DNA of 64,000 nt, taken from Guillardia theta CCMP2712. Lineage: Eukaryota > Protista > Cryptophyta. The notes beneath the pieces were generated by a model that worked only from the letters and a program-made list of their open reading frames with translations, had not been told where the DNA came from and searched no databases. Below, in pieces: positions 11,301-23,300 of the stretch; position 1 is the first letter of the stretch, and each line of letters starts with the position of its first letter. The translations under genes and the position numbers were made by a program. Where the stretch lies: contig NW_005434458.1 of assembly GCF_000315625.1 (NCBI RefSeq), positions 3,767 through 67,766 of the forward strand. The letters are read 5' to 3'.

Positions 11301-14300
11301 CCATACGCGTCTGCTTGCCACTTGTTGCGCATTTTGAAGGTGATCCTGAGCTGGGCCCTGGCCATGACGACGTCTGTACACGTCAGCACCAGCCTGCTGT
11401 ACTCCTGGAAGTCGACGCGTATGTTTCCGACTGTCTCCACCATTTCCAGCGAGTTGTTGGAAGAGGAGAACCCGTCGAAGATCCCGGAGAGAGTGATGGT
11501 TGTTGAGTTTGCAATGACAAAGTTGGGTTCCATGTCAATGGTGACTGTCGCGATCGCCCCGATGACATCTGAGCTTGAGGAAGCAGAAAAGCTTGTCAGG
11601 CCAGGCACGCGGGCTGCATGGAGGAGGCAAGGGCCGTTCATGAGCTCCTGCTGCTCTTGGTTGACTTGGATGCTTGCAAGCTGCGAACACTGAGACGCGT
11701 GGGAGGGGTTGCGGAGGAGGAAAGAAAGGACTGTCTTGTTGCTAGATCTCATCGCCTCTGAAAGAGTGAACAGCATGCAGCCGGAACCTGTCGTCTCCTG
11801 CTTGACCCACTCAGCACTTGTGACCTCGATGTTCGACCAGAGACGGAACGGGAACGATTGGTCGGCGGAGAACGAATGGGAGGACGTTTGTGAGAACTGG
11901 ATGTCGCAGATGGAGATGTTGGACGCTGGTTGGAGGTCCTTTCTTGGCTGGAGAGTAACTGAGATCAAACTGAGCGATCCGAAGGCGTCAGAGGAGGAGG
12001 AGATGGTCTTGACCGTCCACGAAGAGGCGTTGTCCATCTTGGCGACGGTGGTCACTGCCAGCTTCTCGCAGGAGAACACGTAGGGCGTTCGGATCAGAAC
12101 CGTCGCAGCCTCCAGCGCCCTCAGGTCTTGAATGTCAAAAGAGACAACTGTCAGAGCATCGCAAGGGAGTTTCCTCCCTGCCAAGAGGGTCAGCGACACT
12201 TTTCCCTGCTCCTCGTCAAACGTTCCTGTCTCCCCAAACTTCTCTGCGTCCTTGTTGTACAGCTGCAGCGTCCTCGTCCCCACCCCCCCCGTGACGTTTG
12301 TACCGTTCCCGACGAGCAGCTCGATCACGACTGGGGAGTCGATGTCGATAAATGGGAGCAACTTGACAGTGAAGCTCTTCCAGCTAGACGACAGCTGGAC
12401 ATTTAGGTCCTTGACCTGCCAGGATGACAAGTCCGGGTTGACCTCCACTCGCTGATTATCCACCAACGTCGCCACCGTCCGGCTGCACTTGCGGATCACG
12501 TGGTACGCCGGGCCTACCAGCGAGACAGGAGGGAAGGTCGCCCAGTTGTGCGGCTCCTCCAGCACAAGGACCGGTCCCTGGTAGGTGTTGGCCCAGGGGT
12601 TCCCCTCGCACGTCACGTTGCCGCAGGTCAACACCCGCGGGTTGTAGGGCCTGTGCATGAGGGCGATGAACTCGTAGTCGGAGAGGTTGACCCTGACGTT
12701 GCTGTCCGCGTTCCGAATCTCATAACTGAAATCAACTTTCACGTTGGCGCTGACCCTCTTCCCCGCTATGACCGTGAGGCTCATCAGGTTCAGCGTTGGG
12801 TCCCAAATGGCGTCGTTGAAGATCGAGGCGCTGGGCCCCCACAGCTGCTTCACCTGCTTCTCGCACGTGCAGTAGTCCCACAGGGACCCGCGAGACTGGC
12901 TGATCCAGACCGCCTCGTCCCCATCTGCTACAGCCTGTGCTTGCTCCGAGAAGAGCTCGCTGGTGGCACACCAGGCGCGTCCAGGGATGAAGGGATAGTC
13001 TGTTCCCATGTACGCCTCGCTCACGCAGCTCGTGTGGTTTTTGCCGCGGAAGAAGAAGGGGAAGACGCACGGCGATCCGGTCAAGCTCGTCCCGTTGCAC
13101 GTGCTAGGAGCAGAGAAGTCAGCTGGGAGCTGGTAGAGGAGGATCTTGGAGCCCTCGAGCAGGTTGACGTTGACTGTGAAGCTGATGCTGACCGAGTTGT
13201 TGCCAAGCGCTATCAGCGAGCTAAATGTGATGCTGGGAGAGCTAAGCTTCGCCTCCTCGGACACCCGCAGGACAACTCCTTCCATCTCTCTCCAGCTGTC
13301 AAAGCCCGTCGCTGCTGCCATCACCCGCGGTCTCACACCCTCGGACAAGCCGGGGGGATTGCGAAGGTTGAAAGAGAAGATGAGGTCAGCATCGTGCAGA
13401 GTGAGCTGGGAAACTGTCGGAGACACTCTGACGGTCAGCTGGCCACTCGAGGCGTTCCAGGTGGCCGATGGGTCGAGGAGGTTGGATGGCTGATCGAGAG
13501 TGACGTCACCGTCGGGGGTGAGGGAAGACGTCAAGTTGCCAATGTGAATGTAAGTGCCTGGCCGGAGGGCGAAGGTTGACCGCAGGGTGACTGTGATGAC
13601 GTTGGTGACGTTGCCGACGTCGCAGTTCTGTGAGATGGTCCTAGTGATGAAGGTGAACGGTTGAGCCTGGCAAGTGCCGTTGATGCATGTGGCTGCTGGC
13701 GCTGCCAGCGAAATCAGACTATCCCATGAGGTCGAGCTCGGCCTGACAGTGACGTTCAAGGGAGAGGAAAGGAAAGGAACATCTGCTGCTAGAATGAAAG
13801 AGAAGGACAGCGTAGTCGCGGGATCCAGAGAATCTGGGAGGATCGCTAGCGAAATGCTGCCGGCTTCTGGGTCAACAGACTTCACCGTCAGCTGTCCAGC
13901 TGTAGCGACGAAGTCGGAGATGTTGGCAGCTGGTCTGACATTCAGGCCCGAGAGGACAATTTCATGTCTGGATGTCAGCAGGAAGTTCACTTGGATCCAG
14001 ACTTTGACCTCGAACAACTCGGCTGGTTGTACGGTCCGATACATCACTGAGTTCTGGTAGAAGGAAGGCGGTCTCGTGACCGACAGCTCTCGACCTGACA
14101 GCCTGCTAACTGGCAAGCAAAGACCTTCAAGGCAAGACGGCAAAGCCACTTCCATGAGGGGCTGACAGAGGGCCGTTGAGAGTTGACTGGAGACGAGGAG
14201 GTAGAAGGAGAAAGAGAGTGGTTGTCGTGCCGAGATGACGTCATTAACAAGAAGGGACAAGGTTCCTTCGTCTCGAGACCAACTAGAAGTCGCGGAGAGT

Positions 14301-17300
14301 GCTGGCTGGAAGACTGTGGTGAAGTTGGTCGAGGAAGGTGTCTTGCTGAAGTTCATGCATGAGATGCGGACGCTTGTTCCCTTCTCGATCTCGAAATTCG
14401 TCGAGAACCTGACGACTATTTTTAGCTGATCTCCAGCTACGAGATCACTCTGACTCTCCGATGACGACTCGAAGTAGAAGTCAACGACGGCAGGAGGAGT
14501 CAGCGAGCGGCCGAGGAGTCCATTAGCAACGTTGGTGCTCATAGGACTTACGTCGAGCATCGCTTGCGACACGTCAAACCCTTCAGGGAAGTTGAGGTTG
14601 AAGGTTGTGTCCCAGCCCATGGAGTGCGGAGGAATGAAACTGACAAACACCGGTGTAATCTCCCCAGCTGACCTCCCGACTGGGTCGATGATCGCCGACG
14701 ACAACCTGCTGGCAGTAAAGCCTGACAGATTGCGTACCGCAAAGTCAACAATAGGGCCGTCAGGCAGTCTCGTCCGCACTGAGAATGTGAAGCCCTCTGA
14801 CCTGACCTTGGGCATGCGGAGGCCGAGTAGGGAGATCGTTGTCTTGCAGGCGGAGGGCTCCTGGAGGAGAGGAAAGGAGCAGCGAGGAGTTATTGCCTCT
14901 CGGGTCGCCTCGGTCTCAGGCATCGACACGTTGCACGGATGCAGAGAGGAGTCGAGAACCCACGTGACCGTGTTGTTCACGACAGCTCGGACCTTCTCGA
15001 CCCCGTTCATCTCCAAGGAGAACGATGCGGGCTCAATAATGAAGCCGAGCGGAACGTCAATCTCAATGGATCCGTTGACGGGGATCGGGTTGACAACCAT
15101 GAGCTCGACCGTGATATCTCCAATAGTCCAGGACTGGCTTGAGCTGGTCCTGATATAGCAGTTGTGCAAGTTGGCCGGCTCAATGAAGACTCTGGTGTCA
15201 AGCTCACCTATGTCGATAAGCTGGTCACCGGCTGAGGTCTGAAGGCGGTGAACTCCGTTGACCCCCGAGAACCTCTGGTTGCGTACTCCCGACAGGTTGA
15301 ACCGAGCAACCACCCCAGCAGGGATCGAGCTGCCACCAATCCTGACGAGCTCCAGCACGTGGGCGCTCAAGTTGCTCCAGTAGACTAGCAGGTCGCCGTC
15401 CAAGTTGTGAATGCCGTGAGCGAGAAAGGGAGGAGTCAGTTCCTCCTCAGCTGGAAATTCCAGGCGAATCCTCGCACTGCCGGGGAGAGGGTTGGCAGTC
15501 CGGAACGATACGATCGTCTCCCCCAGAACTCCAGCAGAAGGATCGACGGGTCTGACCTCGAACTCCTCGATGACCCCTGGATGGATGCAGGGCACATGTA
15601 TCGTCGCCGTGACTTGCAGCACGTCTGAGTCCGAGAACACCCGCAGCGAGCTGGATGAGGGGATCAAATAGTTCTCAGCTGGCTGACAGTCGGAGATCGG
15701 CTTGTTCTTCAGCCCCGCCAGGCCAATCCCCACCTGAGCATTAGCTGGAATATCAGAGCCGCCCTTCCTGCGAATGACAAGGGAGCTTCCGCGGAACGAA
15801 GGGACCAAGACGCCATCGATGCCAAAGTTGAGGCCCGAGAGAGGGGCAAACCTGTTGATCTCAAAACCTCCTGGGATGTCGAGGACGAAGTATGAAGAGT
15901 TCTGAAGGATCGTGGTGGTGGTGAAGGTGAGAACGGCCCGCCCCACTGAGCCAGCTGTCAACCTCTCCAGGTTCAGCTGAAGGTTATGGAAGTGAGAAGC
16001 ATTGATCAGGAAGGACTGATCGCTCTGGTGGGCACAAGCAAGGGCTGAGAATGACGAGAGAGGATCGCATCCCTCCATCAGCTCACCGTCAGTTGACAAC
16101 TTGGTGTTGACAAGAAACAATCCAGTCCTGCCGCTTTCGACCTGAACCCTCAGCCGCGGGATCTCGATGCCGATGGTGGAGTACTCAGGAATGCTGTGCT
16201 GGAAGGATGTCACGACAATCTTCTGGCAGGAGGAAGAGGAGAAAGACGAGGTTTGGTTGCAGATTTGTACCCTCGAGTAACTCGCAGTGACTCTCTGACC
16301 CGTCTCGTACAGCAAGACTGAAGTACTCGAGGACGGTGGCCAGTCGAGTGTCTGGAACCCGTCGGGGATGACGATCTCCACCGTCCCGTCGGGAGGGATC
16401 GCGTTGGTGATGGTGAGGTTGACGAGGAGAGACGTCTCGTCTCCTGCGTACAGGCTGCTGAGCGTCAGGGAGATGCCTCGAAACTCGTGGGAGAGGACTC
16501 GGAGGAAGAGCTGCCCCAAATCCACCCGAGCCCCAGCAGGATTGAAGGACGTGACAGTCACAGTGACAGTCTCCTTCACGAACTGCTGGGCTCGGAAACC
16601 CTCGCAGTCCACCTGGACCAGCGAGTCAGGAGGGATGTCGACGACGATAAGCACGCGCGATCCTTGAAAGACGTTGGAGGAGGCAAAGGCAGGGAGAAGC
16701 ACACGACACCCCATGCTCGAGACGTTGAAGGACTCCGGGAAGTCAACCTGTATGGCTCCATCCTGCGGGACCATGTTGGTCGTGTAGAACTTGATGGTCA
16801 GATTTTGTACAGCTCCCGCAAACAGATCGAGTGGAGAGCCCAGCACGAGCCCAGGTCCCTCCTGAACATCGAGGATGTTGCTGGCCGCCTGGAGGCGCTC
16901 GAAGAGGAGAGCAGCTGGGACGATCTGGATGGAAGAGCACGAGGAGCTCAGGAAGACTTGACTTCTCCCCATCTCCTCTCCCACCAGCTCCAGCAAGAAG
17001 CCAGCTGAGGCCTCGCCGTGATTGGAAACTTCGTACTGAGGGACACGAACGTTGACGACATTGGTGGTGAAGCGCAAGGGAGAGGAAGGGGAGGAGAGAA
17101 AGCGTTCGTCGATCTCCATCACCTGCTGCGACACGACGGCCTTGCAGTCCTCACGATTACACGACGAGCGGGAGATGTCGTAGCCCTGAGGAAAGTGAAG
17201 CCTGACCGAGCTGAGGTTTAGCTGGAGGGTGTCGGAGTAGAAGGAGAAGGACATGTCTCGCCACTCCCCTGCTGTGGCTCTGTCTGGGGATATAGTAGCA

Positions 17301-20300
17301 ACACATTCTTTGAACGGCCTGATCGCTACTGCTGTCTCTCCCATGGCTGCCACGTCATCGTTCCATGCTGACATGTTGTTCAGCTGTCTGCTGCTGTCTT
17401 TGATCCGCACAAGGACGGGGTAGAAGCCCTGCAGATGGCAGTTGACGATGCCATGCACCTGTAACAAGAAGTGCCGGCCTGACTGCAAGCTAAGCTGAGA
17501 AACTACTTGGAGGTAGTCCCCTGTCACCTTAACTGTTGTAGAACGGTTGACACAAGCGGAGGAGTCGCAGGACTGCGCGATGACAGGCTCGACGGCCCTG
17601 AAGCAAAGTGGAAGGAGCAAGACAAGAGAGCAGTCGCAGTTGAGCTGATAGTCGAGGAAGAACGAGATGTTGTAGGTCGTCTTGACGCCGATGCGGTCGT
17701 CAAGGGGGATGACACTGACGTTTGCAATCACACGCGCGAGGTAGTCCTGAGTGAACCATGCAGCCTCGATGACTGATGAAGCTGAGACAGACGATGTCTC
17801 GATGAGGAAACGTGCAACTCCCGAGGCGTTTCTGCCAACGAGACCACGGCAGGCAAGAGATACGAGCTCCCTCGCGCCCAGAGGCTCCTGAAAGTGCAGA
17901 ACGAGGACGGTGGGGGATGTCAGCGAGGACGAGACGTTCCGCCCGTCGCTAGAGCAGCTGGCATCATCCAGCATATACGACTCAGGTGACAGACAAGTCA
18001 GAACAAGAAAATCTCTCGAGATGTCAAGTCGGCCAGTGTAGAACGACAAACTGACACCTACTACATCCCCGACTTGGTCCGAGCTGAAGCTGAACAAGAA
18101 CTCTCCGAGAGAGTCGGGCCTGGCGATTGATAGGCTAGCAGCCCCCAGTTCGATCATACCTTGGGAGACAATCGTTGCTATCGTCACGTTGGAACTGTTT
18201 GCAAGAAATCCAACGACGTCAACGTTATGAATCTCCACCTCGATTCTAGTCATCGCTGGGATCACTTTGACCTTCCTCCTTACCACATGCAGTACCCCCT
18301 CCTCCAGCAGCGAACAGGACCCCCCCGCTTCGTACACCACGTTCGAGTTCGGCAAAGTTCCCACTTTGACAGAAGAAGAGACAACTTTCCCCACCTGCAC
18401 GAATGGAGGAAGAACAACCTTGAAGGAGCCGTCAGCTGGGATCAAGTTGAGGTTGCGGAAGGAAAACTTGAGAGGCCCGTGATAGCCGTTGACCAAGCTG
18501 GAGGGTGTGACGAGCAACCCCAGCAGAGAGGACGGAGACGACGAGACTACAAAGCTCACACTGTCGAGCAGAAAAAAACCAGCTTGACTGAAGTCAATCG
18601 AGCTTAACCTGAGCTTGAACTGCCCCGCAAAATTGGGGTTGACCAGGCCCGAGATTTTCAAGCTGACCTCCTGCTGAGGAGGCACATCGAAAGCGCTTCG
18701 GACTCGTCGCAGCAGTACCGTGCTGTTGGGCTCCAAGTCGACATCTCCATCCATCCCGGATATGACGGTAGCATGCGACTGATCGAGCGTCGCAAACTCA
18801 GGCGGCAGCTCAAGCTCGAAGCCTCCCCCTTCCGCTAAAACCTTGCTCTGAAATCTGACGCGCACGACGAGCTCGGACGTCGCTCCTGCATGGCTGGGGA
18901 TCAGCTGGGCAGAGAGGAGCGACGCCTGTCCTGGAAGGATGTCGATGCCTGGGAGCGAAGACTGCAAGCGCAAGAGTCCCTGATGCTCCTCCGCCTTCAC
19001 TTCAATGGCTTGACTAAGTCCAGCTCGGGTCGGAAGCAGCACGATTGAGACGTTGATGACATCAGAAGAAGAGACAGACTCAGCAGAAGGAAGCAATGTC
19101 AGTCTCCTGCCGTCCCCAGAGGCCTCGCCGAAGGCAAAACTAGAGCAGCAATCAGGAGGAGCCATGAGGGAGGGAGGCAGAGTGATGGAGATATTGCAGG
19201 AAGAGAGGTTGCGAGCTCGAATTAAGAATCGGAATCTCGCCGACTGATTCACTCTGATCTCACTCTCAGGAATGAGTTTTGCATATGCGAGATGCTCCTC
19301 CCTCAGCGCGACACCAGCAACCACATGCTGGGCATCGATCGAGGTGCCGTCTTCCATGAACGTCGAGATGTCGAACGAGTCCAGCTCCACCCCCTTGAAC
19401 GGTTCCTTCTTCAAGTTTGTCACAATAAATGAGATTGAAAGGTCGGGAGGGATGCGATCGCCCAACACCTTGAGGACGAGGAAGCAGCCCCCCGAGCACA
19501 CCCCATTTGCATCCTGAGGGTAGAAGTCGTCCACCAGCAGCTCTGCCGACATCCCTCTTGTGTTTCCACTGCAGGTCGGTTGATACAGCTGGACGTCAGC
19601 TGGGAATTTGATCATAATCAGCCCGTTCTGCGGGACCTCGTTGGACAGTCGCAAGCGCATGGAGGCAGAGGAGCGGAATCCTTTCTCGGCTACCATGATC
19701 TCCATGTCCGCCTCGGGGATTGGTCCAGCTGTGATGGAAGAGAAGTTGAAGAGTTCACTAGCATCGATCTCCTGTTCGAGGCCCGTCAGGGTCCGAACGG
19801 TCAAGGCCAGCAAGGGCCCAGCATGAGGTGGGAGAACAACGCCGGGAACAAGCAAATGCAAAGTTCTCCCTCCAGCGAGTCCCTCCAGCTTGTCAAGGCC
19901 AAGGAGGGAAACCACAGCTCGGCTCGTGCTCGAGGTGACCAGGAGCTGCTTAAAGAAGATGTTGACGCCAGAAGTGTTGACACAGACGTCAGACCGTTGC
20001 AGCTGGGGGACGATCCCAACGCCCTCAGGCATCTCCAGCCTGATGCTTCCTCCAGCTGGTAGAGGGTTGGTGAGCTCGAGGCTGAGCTGGAGGGAAGCGA
20101 CTGCCCCCGCAACGTTGGGCGTCAGAATTGCATCGAGGTTGTTGAGGACGTTCGAAACGACCTGCAGCGTCTGAGAGAAGCAGTCGACTGGACGGCTGGT
20201 GGAGCTCCAGTGGTAGGACGTGCAAACATGCAGGCTGACAGTCTCGATGAAGGGAGAGAGCTTGACTGCCGACATCAGCACTGACAAGCTCTCGGCAGGC

Positions 20301-23300
20301 TCAAGAGTCCGGGTGCCCGTGGGGACAAGTCGGATAGAATTCTGACCGGCGAGGAGCAAAGAGAAGTTAGAGGGGTTGCTGGAGGAGAGCTCCAAGATTG
20401 AAATGTTGAAATTTGGCGGGAAAGTGATGTCGATGCTGCCGTTGCAAGGAATGGGGTTGAAGAGAGTCATGTTGAGCGCTACCTCAGTTGTGTCTCCTGC
20501 TCTGAGACTGCCGAAAGTGAAGAAGGATTCGTTCAGCACGTGCCTGCCCACCAAGATCGAATGACCCACTGAGGAAGATACAACGAGGTCGGTGAGTTCC
20601 GTCGAGCGGTAGAAGAAGACGTCAAGCTGGTATGACCCTGAGATGGGAGGCAGTCTGGTGTCTTGAAATAGCACGTCAAACTCCAAGATCTCGATCAAAT
20701 TCTTGCACCTCTTGGTGATTGGACAGATTTCGCACCCTGTCAGATCCTCCCAGGACTGCAAGAGCGAGAGGTTGTGGAAAGTCACCACTGAGTCCTGCAC
20801 TGAGACGAGCCCGGGGCTCACCAGCATGTCTGCCCGTCTGACTGCAATCATGCTGACGTCAACTTGCGCCTCCACTGGGAAAGTCACGACGAGAGCAACG
20901 GGGAAGGGATGCGAGCGGCTTATCCGCAGATGCAGCCCAACTGTTAGGGGTTACGTAAGCGGTTACGAATACTTCAGTCAACTAGCTGTCTTATCCGGTC
21001 GGTTTGGTTGGTTTGGTAGGTTTTGGTCGAATAAAATGGATCCGAACTTTCTATACGTTCAGTGAGCGCGATTGTGTTGAGGTTCCTGTTCGCTTGTTAA
21101 CGCAAGTTATCAAGTTGGTTCAAGTTCACAGAGTCAAAGCACATCATCAGGATTGTCAATCCCTAACATTGGTAGCGTAAGGTTTGGTTTTTGTTCGAAG
21201 TAATTGCGGATTGCGACAATTTGATTTGATTTGATCGACAAGGAGCTTGAAAGGTAACCTCTGGATATGCAATCGGATGTAGAAAGGATAAGAAGGTCTC
21301 CTGGAGATGGTCCTCTTGGAAGTTCAGGCTTGGCAGTCATGCTTGACAACTTTAGAAGGAGTTTCGATGAGGAAACGTCTGAAGACAAGACGATGAGGGA
21401 AGTTACGACGGTACCTTCTACCTCAGAAGAGGATTCGAACGGAAATCAGCGAGACGTCGCGGGATTTTCGAGGATTAATATACCTTCTTATGATGGATCG
21501 GTCACGCAACAAGTGCGCGACAGGGAGGGCGCAGTGGACTTGGAAATTTCCAGGATTGCGTCTCCGGCAGGTTCGACCCGGCCGAGGTTCGAATCAGTGC
21601 AGTTTGAAGAATTGGTCGCTGCAAACAAGAAGTTGCGAGAAGAATTGCAACTCGCAATGGACATGCAAGTAAAGTATGAAGCTTTCGTCAAGGAAGTGAT
21701 GTTTCGTAAGGAAAGAGAGCTCGTCGAGACAAAACAGGAAATCTCTGTCCTTAGGGAAGAAAATAAAAAAAATGTTCGAGGAAATGATGCAACGGTTCAG
21801 ATTAAATGAATCAGGAGCAGTTCAATACCTTCCGATCAAGGAACCAAGAGGGGCTGATGCAACGTGCAAGCAAAATGATACGAGCATGTCGAATGACATG
21901 TCAAGTCAGCATGTCAAGCAGCAGTCTTCCCTTGTGAAGTTTCATTCCAAGGATATTTCTCGATTTAATGGAGAAATGACTCTAGAATATTCCGTTGCAA
22001 GTTGGTTTGGGGAGCTTGAGTTTCAATTCCAGCGTCAAAGAATTCCTCCAGATCAAAAGGTTGACATCGCTGCAACATTAGTTGGTAATCGTGTGAGGAA
22101 TTGGTTGCAAACATTGCGTGGCGAGGATAGATTAATTTCCACACAAGGTACTTGGGAATCATTCAAATCGTTGCTGGTGAAGGAATATTTGTCGTTGTCG
22201 CACTTGCAGTATATTCTGGGTGAGATTCAACGTACGATACAAGGGTCAGAGGAAAAGACTTCGGATTTTGTCAACAGGTTTTCAGCTTTAGCAAATCATT
22301 TTATTGCTTGTTGCATGGTATTATTTCATGGACAAGGACAAGTCGAGACAGCTTGCACGAGGTTTGGTCTTGAACGGTATTTCGCACAGAATTTGTTCGA
22401 TGAGGTGACCGCGAGTTTCGTCATGAAGTTGTTGATTGACTTGGAAAAGCAAAATGTGAACAAGACTTTGAGTATTGGGAGTTTGTTGCCAGCATTGTAT
22501 CGAGAAGCTAAGTCCATGGATTTGACAACCGATGCGTATAGGAATGACAGGTCAACGCATCATGAGGTTTCGTACGATGATGAGTCAGTGGAGGATACCG
22601 ACGAAGATTCTCAGCATTCATCTTCGACTCAGGATGAGCAGGACTTACGTGAATAACATTGGCCCAATGCACTTCGCGCTACTCAATTGAAATGACTTGA
22701 GTTGGCTGCCGTTTTCTTGTTATGCAGTATTTTAATGATCAGCGAAGTTCATAGAGATGTTTCTCAGATGATAATGCGCTTGGGAGCGTATGTTAGGGGT
22801 TACGTAAGCGGTTACGAATACTTCAGTCAACTAGCTGTCTTATCCGGTCGGTTTGGTTGGTTTGGTAGGTTTTGGTCGAATAAAATGGATCCGAACTTTC
22901 TATACGTTCAGTGAGCGCGATTGTGTTGAGGTTCCTGTTCGCTTGTTAACGCAAGTTATCAAGTTGGTTCAAGTTCACAGAGTCAAAGCACATCATCAGG
23001 ATTGTCAATCCCTAACACCAACCGTCCTGGTATCCCCAGCCGAAGCGTTGGTAACCTGGAAGCTAGCTTCCATGCTCAGTAGGCCTCTAGTAGAAGGAGA
23101 CTGCTCGCTCGCGTGGGGGTCGACAGGCACGAAGTTGTCGAGGGAGGAAGACTGGAAGTTGGTGAAGCGAGAAGGACAAAGTTGATCGTAAACAATGTCA
23201 ACGAGCATCAGCCGGTCCAGACCCGCGAAACGACCAGCGAGCAGCGAAACATGGACGTCCATCAAGACTGACAGGAAGCTCGTGACGCCTTCACCTCTTG

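Larger units (their letters stand above)
20942..23017 (+). mobile_element. Non-autonomous gag-only LTR retrotransposon (Ty3/gypsy-type gag; TR-GAG-like), 2,076 bp
   Basis: Two identical 227-bp LTRs with TGTTAGGG...CCCTAACA inverted ends, 5-bp TSD CCAAC (20937-20941 and 23018-23022), PBS after the 5' LTR, gag ORF, and no room for pol. Confidence 0.95.

Noticed and set aside
4935-20564. Numerous plus-strand ORFs opposite the giant gene
   Set aside because: Antisense shadows of a GC-rich coding strand with no recognisable motifs.
4703-20887. Stand-alone 5,394-aa gene as listed in the ORF track
   Set aside because: It starts at GTG in mid-repeat, joins the 23005..26742 ORF in frame once the LTR element is removed, and its last ~68 codons read through an intron.
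20703-23185. ORFs 20703..21065, 22702..22914 and 22853..23185
   Set aside because: They read across LTR/host junctions; the shared peptide is simply LTR sequence.
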